Source of the DNA: a virus
Strand: one strand, 5' to 3'
Length of the DNA stretch: 64,000 nucleotides
IMG/VR virus record: IMGVR_UViG_3300017766_003354
Span: 82,906-146,905 of that record
Positions within the stretch are counted from its first letter, which is position 1, and each line of letters opens with the position of its first letter. Under the pieces are notes generated by a model that was given only the letters and a program-made list of their open reading frames with translations, was not told where the DNA came from and did not search any database. Made by a program: the position numbers and the translations under genes. Positions 47,413 through 57,013 of this stretch are shown here, piece after piece.

Positions 47413-49491
47413 TTACACTGAAATTTGATTTGAGTGATATAAAATTGCAGCGGCCAAATCATCAAGCTGGTGGCGTTCTCCAATTTCCAGAACCTCGGCA
47501 GACGGAAGTTTGTCGGCTAGAGAAGTAAAATCTTCTACAGCCAATTTCAATTCAGAGTCCCAGTTCTCCATTTTAGAAGAAGCTATAATCGTCTCACAGA
47601 CTTTGGACACGACTTCTTTCTTAGATTCTGTCAATTCTTCCAATCCATATTTAACGCCGAATTCTCTAAAAGCTCTCAATTCGAACTCATTAATAGCCTT
47701 GACGGCCAAGCTAATCTTTTTGGCCGAATATTGTTCGGCATTGGAAGTTCCCATGGGACGCCCGCCCGAAGGACCAGAAGAAGTTGCCCCCTTCTTTTTT
47801 GTCGCCTGTGGTTTTTTTGCACCAGCTTTAGGGGTTCCAGCAGTTGGCTTGTTTTCTGCGGCTTTCTTGGCGATCTTTTGGTTTTCAAGAGCAAGATCGT
47901 TATCGAATTCTTGTTGATCTTCGTCGGCTTCTTGTGTTTGAATTTGGATGCTATTAACAAGAGGGGTATAATAACCTTCTTCGCGCTCTTCTCTAAACTT
48001 CTCTTGAGCAGCAAGTAAATCTTCTCCTTGCGGGAATAGCCCAGTGTTGATAACTTTGAGTCCTTGTTCAGGAGTGAGAATGCCAAGCTCCATCATACGA
48101 ATAACGAGCTTCTGCAAGTCTGAGTCATCCAGAGTGTCTGTTTTTACAAACTTGGCTTGTGGAACGTTCTTCATTCCCAAAGATAGGCAAATTCTTTTAA
48201 TTTCTGGTTGAAGGAAGTCGCTTAAAAACAATTCTCGGGCCTCTTCAAGCCGTTGCATGAAGATTTTGAGTTTTAGCTGCGTGTCTGAATACTTCGACTC
48301 TCCAAGAAGAACATTTTGCAGGCCCTCATTGATGTCTTTATTGAGAATTTCATACTTCTCCTTGCCCATTACTTTTTTCAAGTCTGGGATAATGAACTCT
48401 GCTGTAGTTGTATAATCAGCGACAAGAACTCGTCCCACACTTTGATTCTTGAAGATGTTTTGCATGGCCGTCATGTTGGCGGCATTGATACCCCCTTTAT
48501 CTGGCTCCGCGCCCATAGTGACAAGAAGAACTACGTTTTCGATAGTTCTAGCAATTGCTTGGTCGATCTTTTTAAGCTCTAGCTTTTTATTAACATCGTC
48601 CAATACAGGAAAAATCATTGGGACAGCAAAAGGTTCGTAGTCTTGCTTTTTATAGAAGACAGCATGAAGTTTATCTTGCTTGAGAGGGAAATGAACTGTC
48701 GTCCCAATGCCGACGCCTTTACTGATCTTTGTTTTCAGTTCTTCAGGAAGAGACTCAAACATTTCCCTCTCTTGGTCGTTTGACGGCTTTCTAAGTCGGG
48801 CGATCTCATAAGAAGTCAACACCTTAACATATTCATTCTCAAAAAACGACATTGTTGACTTAGAAGCAATGTCTGTTGGATTCAGAAGAAGATATTTAAT
48901 TGGGATGCCCGCTTTGGTCGTGGCTCCATAAGTTTCAATCATCTTTTTAGAAGAACCAGACTTAAGCTTTCCATCAAAGCGATAGAAAAAGACGTTGCCA
49001 GAGCGGTAATATTCACGAAAATGCTGTTTTTTCAAATTGTGAAGACTAATTCTTTTAAACCATGCATTAATTAGCTTCTTGGATGCCGCAGATCCTCCTT
49101 CGAGATAAATTTCTGAATCAGCAAATTCCGACATCAAATCGACAGTAGAGCGACAAACTGGAACGTTGAAACAAGCCTTTTGACAGAGTTCAATCGTGTC
49201 TTTTACGTCAACAGAATCGGCGGAATAATGAAACGGCAAAAGTCCGTCAGAGATATTTTTATATCTATCTTTGGCAGGGCTTTTGTGAATTTTGTTGCTG
49301 CGAGATGCTGTCTGAGAGGAAGAAGTTGAAGCGACAGATTCATAAAAGCTCTCGCCAATGAACTCTGGGGCACTAGAATTTGAAGCATTGATCGACTTGT
49401 AAAAATCCTCAACGGAAGCAGGCTCATTCTTTTTTGAAATGCTTTTCCAATAGTCTGACCTTTTTTGGTAACTTCTTTTGCCGTCGCTCAT
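47413..49491 (-). CDS. Portal protein
   Basis: Follows terminase; FREYYRSGNVFFYR, LLNP, KKQDYEPFAVP. Confidence 0.85.
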   Translation of the reverse strand: MSDGKRSYQKRSDYWKSISKKNEPASVEDFYKSINASNSSAPEFIGESFYESVASTSSSQTASRSNKIHKSPAKDRYKNISDGLLPFHYSADSVDVKDTIELCQKACFNVPVCRSTVDLMSEFADSEIYLEGGSAASKKLINAWFKRISLHNLKKQHFREYYRSGNVFFYRFDGKLKSGSSKKMIETYGATTKAGIPIKYLLLNPTDIASKSTMSFFENEYVKVLTSYEIARLRKPSNDQEREMFESLPEELKTKISKGVGIGTTVHFPLKQDKLHAVFYKKQDYEPFAVPMIFPVLDDVNKKLELKKIDQAIARTIENVVLLVTMGAEPDKGGINAANMTAMQNIFKNQSVGRVLVADYTTTAEFIIPDLKKVMGKEKYEILNKDINEGLQNVLLGESKYSDTQLKLKIFMQRLEEARELFLSDFLQPEIKRICLSLGMKNVPQAKFVKTDTLDDSDLQKLVIRMMELGILTPEQGLKVINTGLFPQGEDLLAAQEKFREEREEGYYTPLVNSIQIQTQEADEDQQEFDNDLALENQKIAKKAAENKPTAGTPKAGAKKPQATKKKGATSSGPSGGRPMGTSNAEQYSAKKISLAVKAINEFELRAFREFGVKYGLEELTESKKEVVSKVCETIIASSKMENWDSELKLAVEDFTSLADKLPSAEVLEIGERHQLDDLAAAILYHSNQISV

Positions 49492-49533
49492 ATCCTTCTC
49501 TTACACACAAAGTCTCAAAAGTTACTTTCAAAG

Positions 49534-51444
49534 TTAGATTGTAAAAGGGGTAAATGTCGCGCTAGGAGGTTTGGCCGCTTCCACTTTACCCATATCAAAG
49601 AGAATCTTGTTAAACCAATTACCCAAAACCAACGCCGAATAACTATCCTTGCGGGCGCGATTGGGGCCTGTTTGGCGTTTTAGATTTTGAGGAAGTTGGA
49701 AAGACTGACTTCCTTGAGGGTTGGAAACTACTTCAATGTTGGCGCATTCTGATTTCGTCAGTTCAATAATTGTCTTTTGGTGGTCAATGAAATCAATTTT
49801 CATAGACTCTGGACTTTGTTTCTGAAGACCAAGATCATATTTAAGTTGTTCGATTGGTATGTGCTTTTTGCGTTGTTCAAGGAAGTCATCGTCAACAGCG
49901 CGTGCTGCAAAAAGAATTCTTCTGTGGTCAATTGCTGCTTGAAGCTGTTCGTTCCCAATTCGAATCCAATTTGAAGACGGTTTACGCAAGAAGCAATACT
50001 TTCGAGCCGTAATATCATATTTTTCCTTCATCAGGAGAAGTTCATCGTGATATTCTTCTGGGTTATCAAATCCGACTTCTTCAATACAGTGGATGTGGAT
50101 TCCAGCCTTCTTGAACATTTCACTTTCGTTACAAGAGGCTATAAATTGAACGCCTCCGTTATAGTCTCCGCAGATTCCGACGATATTAAAAGACTGGAGA
50201 AGATATAGGAAATATCTCATGTGTTCTTTTAAGTCAACGCCTGCGATTGCATAACTATGGAGAAGGACTGATTTTTGCTCCTCGCGCATTAGCTTAAAGA
50301 CATGCATTGCGAAATGGTCAGCGGAGCTATTCCCTGCCCAGTTGGGGTCGAATGCTATGGTATATTCGTCGGCGGGGTTCCCCGCGATTTCAACAGTTGG
50401 TTTTTCACCATCTGGGATCGTGCAAGCCGCCATTTTTGAAAGTCTGTAATAGCCATCCGACTCATCAACGAATTGTGCGCCGAATTCTCGGGCAAATTGC
50501 ATTTCTGACATCGTGGCCTTGGCTTGTTTGAGGAGGGGGGCGTCATAAAGTGTCTTGGGTGCGCAGTCATAGGACAACTGCATAATCAGTCTGTAAGCGT
50601 TATCTGGCAGATCAGCGTCTCCGTCCTCGTCGTCATCCTGCGAAGCGTCCTCACCGAAAATAAGAGCTTCATACTTCTTATACAGCTTATACATGTATTC
50701 GAATTTGAAGCTTGGAGAAGAAAGAATGATTAGCTTGTTGTTGGGCCAGATATATCTGTCCTCTGGCTTCATTAAGCCTTTGTTAATAAGCTCGTCTTCC
50801 AGTTTGTAGAGTTCTTCGCGTTCGGTTGGGTTTTCAATAACACCAAGGAATGGCAAAATAACTTCAGTAAAGATTTTTTCAGGAATTGTAATGAACTCGT
50901 CTAGAACAATTCGATTAAATCGAAATCCACGAAGACGTTCGCCGTTGGCTAGAGGGAGAGCAATGGCTTGACTATTACCAAGTTTCAAAGTCCACATGTC
51001 TGTTCCTTTTTGGAGCGTAAAGCCACAGTCTTTTGCTAGTTTAGCATCTGGTTTCGAAAGAATGTCTTCGATCTTTAAAAAGATCATCTTAGATTGCCGA
51101 AACGATCCCGCAATAACCCCGATATTGGCTTTAGGACTTAACAAGCACTCTAATAGAATATAAATGGCCGTGCTGAAGGTTTTAGACAATCCCCGCGAGA
51201 ATACAAACATACTATAATCGCTGATCATCATGCCTTTGATCGCCATCGCTTGGAAGGGGAAGAGTTTAACCCCCAAAAACAAATCTGAAGAATAAGAAAC
51301 ATTATTGCGGAGGAATTTATAAAGCCAATACTTAGCCTCTTCTTCCGTAAGATGCTTGCCGTCGAACTGCTTCAAATCTTCGTTCAATTGTCTTGACGAA
51401 TATTGAACTCTATCTGGCTGTTTATCTCCCTTGTTCCAACTCAT
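49534..51444 (-). CDS. terL: Terminase large subunit
   Basis: LFPFQ, SRGLSKT Walker A, LRGFRFNRIVLDE Walker B, FAREFGAQF, IAFDP and KDSYSA nuclease motifs. Confidence 0.93.
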   Translation of the reverse strand: MSWNKGDKQPDRVQYSSRQLNEDLKQFDGKHLTEEEAKYWLYKFLRNNVSYSSDLFLGVKLFPFQAMAIKGMMISDYSMFVFSRGLSKTFSTAIYILLECLLSPKANIGVIAGSFRQSKMIFLKIEDILSKPDAKLAKDCGFTLQKGTDMWTLKLGNSQAIALPLANGERLRGFRFNRIVLDEFITIPEKIFTEVILPFLGVIENPTEREELYKLEDELINKGLMKPEDRYIWPNNKLIILSSPSFKFEYMYKLYKKYEALIFGEDASQDDDEDGDADLPDNAYRLIMQLSYDCAPKTLYDAPLLKQAKATMSEMQFAREFGAQFVDESDGYYRLSKMAACTIPDGEKPTVEIAGNPADEYTIAFDPNWAGNSSADHFAMHVFKLMREEQKSVLLHSYAIAGVDLKEHMRYFLYLLQSFNIVGICGDYNGGVQFIASCNESEMFKKAGIHIHCIEEVGFDNPEEYHDELLLMKEKYDITARKYCFLRKPSSNWIRIGNEQLQAAIDHRRILFAARAVDDDFLEQRKKHIPIEQLKYDLGLQKQSPESMKIDFIDHQKTIIELTKSECANIEVVSNPQGSQSFQLPQNLKRQTGPNRARKDSYSALVLGNWFNKILFDMGKVEAAKPPSATFTPFTI

Positions 51445-52351
51445 TAATACGTTTTTCTAAAAAATAATTCAAATCCACATTCCAAAGTTCTTTACCGTAA
51501 TAGAGAATCTTTGGAATAATCTTTTTCATCCCCGCTCGATTATAAGCAAAGATAAATTGCAAATTTTGAGGGTATTCGGTCATTAACGCCCGAACATTGT
51601 GCCACGCAAATTCCAAGTTACTTTTGAACTTGGATCTCCTGTTGTCTTCTTCGATTTTGGCAGGGCTAGACTCAACCACAACGAACATATAAGAGCCAAA
51701 AGCTTTGCAACGTTCCATTTCGCGGCGGAAACGATCCACCCCCATACCAAAAGTGCCTCGAAAATCATCTTGCGATTTGCGGTCGATAAAAGTTTTAGAA
51801 TAGTATTTTTCATTGGTTGTATAGTCTCCGAAGTCTAGTTTTTGGCTAATGGAGTTCTTGAATATAATAGGGTTTTGTTCGCGTGTATCAATAAGAATCG
51901 GAATATCAGGTTCAAATTCCCAAAAATCTTTTGGCAAGTTCTTCGAGAAGAAATTGTTTAATCCTACCTCAGATAAGAACTCATAATATGAACCAAATAG
52001 GGCCTTTATGTCTGATATATCGGCCATTCTTGACGACGTATAAAAAAGATTTGGCGGGCTTTCTGTTATCCCCTTTTCATTGAATCTTTCTTTTGCTTTA
52101 GACAATACGTAAGATTTTGCCGTCTCACGCGAGGTTGTTCTAAGCCAAGATTTATAGTTGTCATAAGACAAGAAATCCGATTCTTGATATTTCGCGTAAT
52201 TTATGAATGGAAGAGTCTCTCCAGAAAACAAATCTTTCTTTCCATAATGGCGAATATAATAATCGCCTACGCAAGTTTCGTGCGCCTTAATATGAGCGTG
52301 GAGACTCTTTAAGGTATCGAAAGATTGGCCGCATTCCTTGCATACGTTCAT
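51422..52351 (-). CDS. C2H2 zinc finger + ERCC4/XPF-family nuclease
   Basis: CKECGQSFDTLKSLHAHIKAH; ILIDTREQ, KLDFGDY, IDRKSQDD, VVVE. Confidence 0.8.
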   Translation of the reverse strand: MNVCKECGQSFDTLKSLHAHIKAHETCVGDYYIRHYGKKDLFSGETLPFINYAKYQESDFLSYDNYKSWLRTTSRETAKSYVLSKAKERFNEKGITESPPNLFYTSSRMADISDIKALFGSYYEFLSEVGLNNFFSKNLPKDFWEFEPDIPILIDTREQNPIIFKNSISQKLDFGDYTTNEKYYSKTFIDRKSQDDFRGTFGMGVDRFRREMERCKAFGSYMFVVVESSPAKIEEDNRRSKFKSNLEFAWHNVRALMTEYPQNLQFIFAYNRAGMKKIIPKILYYGKELWNVDLNYFLEKRINELEQGR

Positions 52352-53418
52352 AGAAGCTCCCTCTTTGAAATTCCCAGAATCCGAGCCTTGAAGTCGTCCA
52401 TAGATTCAAGCCTGTCAGCTTCTTCTTCGACCAGTCGGTTTTGCATTTCTGCCATCATAACCATACGGCCACGTTCTTCAGCATCTTGGAATGCTTGCAC
52501 TAGAGCCAAAATATTTGATGTTTGTTGCCCCTGTTCTTTCAAGCGGTTCGAACGAGAGCCATTCAAGTCCTTCGTCATTGTTTCAATACGCTTTTCGCAT
52601 TGATTCAATTCTTCGCTTGTCGCTTTGATGATTTCTGTTAAACGGAGCGTAATATCGCGTTCGTCATCAGAATCGTCGAGAAGAGCATTCAGCTTATCAA
52701 GGCGGGCTTGGATATGCTGTTGTCTAATGTAATTTGCGCATACCGTGACGTAGTTGTTCAACTCATCAATAGTTAAGTCTGGCTTGTCCCAAATGGCACG
52801 CACGAATTCTGCCTCGAATAATTCTCTATCTCCTACTTTGTTATAGTTATTGATAAATTGATTGAAGCGGGGAGACTGAAGATAAATCAAAAGCTTTTCG
52901 CAGTTTCTTTTTACTTTTGTTGGGCAGGTTACTTCGTCAAAGTTAGAGCCTGTAAAATCATTTACTTTTTTGATCGCCCGCGAGAGAGCTTTTGGGGGTG
53001 TCCAAGTGTCTGTTGCTAGAGCGGTCTTTGCATCGACAACATCTGGCCGATACCTTTTCAGGAAATCTTCTACCACCCTATGTTTCATGGTGAGTGGGCC
53101 GATTTCAAGATCTTTGAATACTAATCGAGCAACCTCCAAAGCATTCATCCCTGCTTCGATATTGTTGCCCATCATGAATTTCTTTTGTTCGGCAGTCAGT
53201 TCAATGTGTTCGACTTTATCGAATTGTGAAGTTTTAGGCTTCGCTCCTTGTTCGGCCAAGAATTTTCTAGTCGCTAAACCTTGGGCTGAACGGCCATCAA
53301 GTTTGTCATCCTCAAAGACAGCGCGAACAATTGCCATCAAATTGGGATTCTTCTTGAATTCCTCAATGATTCTGTTTTTATGCTCTAACGTAAGCTGGAA
53401 ATCAATTGTTTTTCTCAT
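52348..53418 (-). CDS. Hypothetical, candidate terminase small subunit
   Basis: Helical/coiled-coil protein upstream of terL. Confidence 0.5.
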   Translation of the reverse strand: MRKTIDFQLTLEHKNRIIEEFKKNPNLMAIVRAVFEDDKLDGRSAQGLATRKFLAEQGAKPKTSQFDKVEHIELTAEQKKFMMGNNIEAGMNALEVARLVFKDLEIGPLTMKHRVVEDFLKRYRPDVVDAKTALATDTWTPPKALSRAIKKVNDFTGSNFDEVTCPTKVKRNCEKLLIYLQSPRFNQFINNYNKVGDRELFEAEFVRAIWDKPDLTIDELNNYVTVCANYIRQQHIQARLDKLNALLDDSDDERDITLRLTEIIKATSEELNQCEKRIETMTKDLNGSRSNRLKEQGQQTSNILALVQAFQDAEERGRMVMMAEMQNRLVEEEADRLESMDDFKARILGISKRELL

Positions 53419-54092
53419 AGGATGTCGTTCTCATTGATTGCCAAAACAGCCATATCATAAAATCTTTTTTTCAAATTGGCGAGCTGTTTGTAGCGAGGCG
53501 TTTTACGCTTCGAAGAATCGGGTTTGAATTTGTAAAAATCGGCCACCTCTTGATCGGTCCAGCCCTGCATAAACAATTTTTGATAAATTTGCTTGTGGCG
53601 GCCAGTTAATTGGGATAGCATTATATCGTGCAATCTCTTAGAAGACTGGTCATAATTAAAGTTGTCGTTAATATGGGTTTCCCCTAAGAATACGCCGTCT
53701 TCCATTGGTAAAGGAAGCTTGAGGTTATAAGCCTTCTCTTTTTTCTTTTTCCACTTGGCGAAAATTGCGCATTCTTCATCCTGCACTCCGCTCTTAGTCA
53801 AAAGGCAACCATCGCCTCCCGCGTAATGTGGGCATTTAAGACAGGGTTTGGCAAAGTTGGTATAGTGGTTTCTTACCAAGTTCATCATTTGATGAGAAAT
53901 CAACATAGAGGCCCAAGGTTTGAACGCTCGGTTCTGATCCCAAAGATGCCACTTATTAACAACATGCAAGCGGATGATCTGACAAACATCATCATAATCC
54001 ATCCAAGCGATAGCGTTCAATTGCCACTTCGCCCGATAACGGCAGAGCAATTCATCAAGCTCGCCAATCTTATCTTCAAACTTGAATTCCAT
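53415..54092 (-). CDS. Sigma-factor-like protein with Cys4 insertion
   Basis: Start at ATG 54092; DYDDVCQ..KWHLWDQNRAFKPW region 2, CLKC..C..C insert, LTGRHKQIY..TDQEVA region 4. Confidence 0.7.
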   Translation of the reverse strand: MEFKFEDKIGELDELLCRYRAKWQLNAIAWMDYDDVCQIIRLHVVNKWHLWDQNRAFKPWASMLISHQMMNLVRNHYTNFAKPCLKCPHYAGGDGCLLTKSGVQDEECAIFAKWKKKKEKAYNLKLPLPMEDGVFLGETHINDNFNYDQSSKRLHDIMLSQLTGRHKQIYQKLFMQGWTDQEVADFYKFKPDSSKRKTPRYKQLANLKKRFYDMAVLAINENDIL

Positions 54093-54093
54093 A

Positions 54094-54471
54094 TTACTCG
54101 CCCACCTCCCGAGAATGGACAACAGGAGAGCACTCTTGTTTGATTTGCGTTAAAATACTTGCCGCATCTCCTCCAGAATACGCGGGCCTGCGTGTTCTCT
54201 CGGAAGGCGCGGGATTTGACCACAAATCATTTAAACTCACCTTACCTCCATAAGATTCAAAAGAGATTTGCTTGCGCATCGCTTCGATATCAATAGAGTC
54301 AACATCCAATTCCCGTTCTTCTTCTTCGGGTTCTTGATAAGGGGTTTTTTTGGCAGGTTTTGAGGAACCTAAAGACGTATTGAAAGGATTGCCACAACTC
54401 GGGCAAAACTTAGGCTTATTTATTTCGAAGCTGGCTTTGCCGCCACAGTTCATGCAGAATTCGTGATTCAT
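54094..54471 (-). CDS. Zinc-ribbon protein
   Basis: FCMNCG..PKFCPSCG. Confidence 0.75.
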   Translation of the reverse strand: MNHEFCMNCGGKASFEINKPKFCPSCGNPFNTSLGSSKPAKKTPYQEPEEEERELDVDSIDIEAMRKQISFESYGGKVSLNDLWSNPAPSERTRRPAYSGGDAASILTQIKQECSPVVHSREVGE

Positions 54472-54557
54472 GTTAGGAATTTTCGTGTAGCGGATTGTAG
54501 CTACACGTAATTCTATTACACGAATTAAAAAAATTCTACAATTTTAAAGATTTTAGG

Positions 54558-55304
54558 CTATTCTTCTCCCTTTACTTTTTTCATAATGAAGCGAAGAAGT
54601 TCCGACCTCATGACATCCATTTTATTTTGGAGTTCGAAGGTATAAACGTGGTTCTCTTTGGATTCGTCGTCACTGAAAAGATCAAAGATCTCCTTGAACC
54701 CTGAATCTTTCAGGTCTTTTTGAAAGTTGTCGCCAACTAGAAAAACATAGCTAAAATTGCCGACCCGAGAAAGGGCGAGCATGATATCTTCTTTGGTCAT
54801 GCAACTTGCTTCATCAATGATGATTCCATAACAGTTGTAAGAAGTTCCTCGAAGAAGAGCAATGGGCTGACTCTCGACAGTTCCATCTTTGATTAACTTA
54901 TCAACTTGTTCTTTAGGAAGAAGCTCATCTAGTTTTTGTTGAAATGGAAGCATATATGGACTAAGGCGAGTTTCGAGGTCGCCGCCGAGCCAGCCGAGCG
55001 TCCCTGTGCCACTTTGGACAATGTTTCTGATATAAAGAATATTTGAGATTTTCTTTTGCTTGAGAAGTTGAAGGCAGGTATTAATGGCAATAAGTGTTTT
55101 TCCTGAACCCCAGATGCCGTCCACCATTGTAAGTCTAGATTTCTTAACTAGAACAGAATCAATAATTTCTTTTTGCCGCTCGGTCCAAGGGAACTCTCGG
55201 ATATTCAAATCAAAGCTAATTTTTGGATTCTGGTGGACATGGAGGGAAGTGTCCTTTTTAAACGCCGACTTTTTTGCCTTTTTGGGGCGGGTTGGGGTGG
55301 TCAT
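54558..55304 (-). CDS. phoH: PhoH family ATPase
   Basis: TERQ, GIWGSGKT, LGWLGG, LRGTS, IIDEA, LSRVG, GDNFQKD, MRS. Confidence 0.88.
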   Translation of the reverse strand: MTTPTRPKKAKKSAFKKDTSLHVHQNPKISFDLNIREFPWTERQKEIIDSVLVKKSRLTMVDGIWGSGKTLIAINTCLQLLKQKKISNILYIRNIVQSGTGTLGWLGGDLETRLSPYMLPFQQKLDELLPKEQVDKLIKDGTVESQPIALLRGTSYNCYGIIIDEASCMTKEDIMLALSRVGNFSYVFLVGDNFQKDLKDSGFKEIFDLFSDDESKENHVYTFELQNKMDVMRSELLRFIMKKVKGEE

Positions 55305-55337
55305 CTGGTTTATTTTACACGATTCTGTAAAATTTTC

Positions 55338-55365
55338 TTGACTTCTGAAGAAGAATTCTTATTTT
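55338..55365 (+). promoter_or_regulatory. Sigma70-type promoter, leaderless
   Basis: TTGACT-16 nt-TATTTT, 6 nt before GTG 55372. Confidence 0.55.
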
Positions 55366-55371
55366 AAAGCC

Positions 55372-55755
55372 GTGAATAGAGTTATTAAATTCCGCTGTTG
55401 GGACAAAGAAGAAAAATTTATGAATGAAACTCTGGCGGGGATTGTGCTCGCAGCCATGCACGGCGATGGAGATCCACTGTCTGACGAAGAAAAGGAAAGA
55501 TTTGTTTTACAGCAATTTACTGGTCTTCTCGATAAAAATGGAAAAGAGATTTATGAAGGAGACATTCTGAAAGAACAAGATTCGGGATGCGGATGTTTTC
55601 TTGGTCCAGTCGTTTGGGATAATAATTTCGGAAGTTGGGCGTGGGATAAAAATGATTCTATTTTCGATTATGCCGACGAATCTTCTCAAGTTGAGATGGA
55701 AATTATTGGAAACGTCTTCCAAAACCCCGAACTCCTAGAAAAGTGTAAAAATTAA
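55372..55755 (+). CDS. YopX family protein
   Basis: IKFRCWD, QFTGLLDKNGKEIYEGDI, EIIGNVFQNPELL. Confidence 0.9.
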   Translation: MNRVIKFRCWDKEEKFMNETLAGIVLAAMHGDGDPLSDEEKERFVLQQFTGLLDKNGKEIYEGDILKEQDSGCGCFLGPVVWDNNFGSWAWDKNDSIFDYADESSQVEMEIIGNVFQNPELLEKCKN

Positions 55756-55756
55756 C

Positions 55757-55930
55757 ATGATCAAACCTCTCTCCGAAAATAAAGTATCCATCTGCTGCTC
55801 GGGCAACTGCCCTCAAGTCTCATACGAAGAAGGATTCATTAAAATCGTTGACGACTTCGGCGGGGAAATCAAAGTTTCTGTCGAGCAGGCCGAATTCTTG
55901 ACTGAAGCAGCGAAACAATGCCAGAGCTAA
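55757..55930 (+). CDS. Small hypothetical protein (57 aa, CCSGNCP)
   Basis: Below ORF-track cutoff: MIKPLSENKVSICCSGNCPQV..DDFGGEIKV; GTGTAA 8 nt upstream. Confidence 0.65.
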   Translation: MIKPLSENKVSICCSGNCPQVSYEEGFIKIVDDFGGEIKVSVEQAEFLTEAAKQCQS

Positions 55931-56202
55931 TTTTCACTCTTCTTTTCTTCGGCGGGGTTAATTTTGTGCTCCGCTATGGCTCCATTTTAAATGGGCCAAG
56001 AAATTTCCTGTCACGATTAGAATTCTTCAAAAAACTCTTTAACTGTTCTCTTTGTTTGAGGTGGCATGTGGGATTTTGGCTTTCGCTTCTTATGGGAGAA
56101 GGAATTTGGCCGTCTTTGCAGTGGGCTTTTGTTTCTTCGTTTTTTTGCTGGTGTGCTGATTTTTATATCATGAGCTTGAAAAAGTGGGTAGAAAAAGCTT
56201 GA
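55918..56202 (+). CDS. DUF1360-like small membrane protein
   Basis: Hydrophobic helices, SILNGPR, LFNCSLCL.WHVG. Confidence 0.65.
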   Translation: MPELIFTLLFFGGVNFVLRYGSILNGPRNFLSRLEFFKKLFNCSLCLRWHVGFWLSLLMGEGIWPSLQWAFVSSFFCWCADFYIMSLKKWVEKA

Positions 56203-56993
56203 TCGCAAACCATTTTCTTTCTTTCCAAGAAAACTGTCGCGTCCGCATAAAGATATTTATAAAGTTTATTCATCGTTTCTTTGCCAGAAACATGTATTTC
56301 GTGCGAAATTTCACTTCTCTTGTCTTTGAATACTTTTCCATTAGAAAATGCAAGCTCTTTTTGCAGAAAAGACAAAAGCTCTTCGCATAACTTCTTATTC
56401 CCTGAAAAAGAAAACCTTAAATGTTTTTTATCCACTAAAGAAAAACATCCGTCCGCGTCAATCAGCCCTCGTATTACGTGAGGCATAATTTCTTTTGGCA
56501 ATAAAGGCAAACTAGCATCGACCGTTTTATTACTGGTTAATCCTAATTTTTGCAAATCTTGACAAATCTTTTTAGAAAAAAAACGAAGGCTAGCCAAACT
56601 GTAAACTCCATTTTTCTTTTCTCTTTTTGGTTGAGAGTCTTGAACTAAAGAATTTAGCATAAGAAGATGGCCTTCGTCCTTGATAGATAAGGTAATTTTC
56701 ACATTGTGGTGTTTAATGTCCACATAACCGTCTCCCAAAATAAATCCAAAAAGATAAGCTTGTTTTTCGTCCCACGATTCGGCTTTCGCAAAAAAATCGT
56801 CATTTATTGAATAATCTCTCCTTTTCTTTGGCTCTCTTCTTACAATACCATTCTTTTTCAAATATTTTAAAACGCAACTTTTGCTACAATTTACTTGACA
56901 AGAGATCTCTTTTGCCGTATATTCTCCCGTCAGATACAAACTAATCATTTCACTAATTACTGACTCGTCTATTTTTTTATTATTGAATCCCAT
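56163..56993 (-). CDS. Double-motif LAGLIDADG homing endonuclease with N-terminal HTH
   Basis: AYLFGFILGDGYV and HVIRGLIDADGCF, LERK; ATG 56993. Confidence 0.88.
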   Translation of the reverse strand: MGFNNKKIDESVISEMISLYLTGEYTAKEISCQVNCSKSCVLKYLKKNGIVRREPKKRRDYSINDDFFAKAESWDEKQAYLFGFILGDGYVDIKHHNVKITLSIKDEGHLLMLNSLVQDSQPKREKKNGVYSLASLRFFSKKICQDLQKLGLTSNKTVDASLPLLPKEIMPHVIRGLIDADGCFSLVDKKHLRFSFSGNKKLCEELLSFLQKELAFSNGKVFKDKRSEISHEIHVSGKETMNKLYKYLYADATVFLERKKMVCDQAFSTHFFKLMI

Positions 56994-57013
56994 ACAACCA
57001 CTTACACGCAAAA

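Noticed and set aside
7953-51444. Inteins or introns in nrdJ, recA, terL or portal
   Set aside because: Lengths are normal and no splice-junction motifs or interruptions were seen
54558-55304. phoH as a novel auxiliary metabolic gene
   Set aside because: Common in large phages; recorded only as a feature
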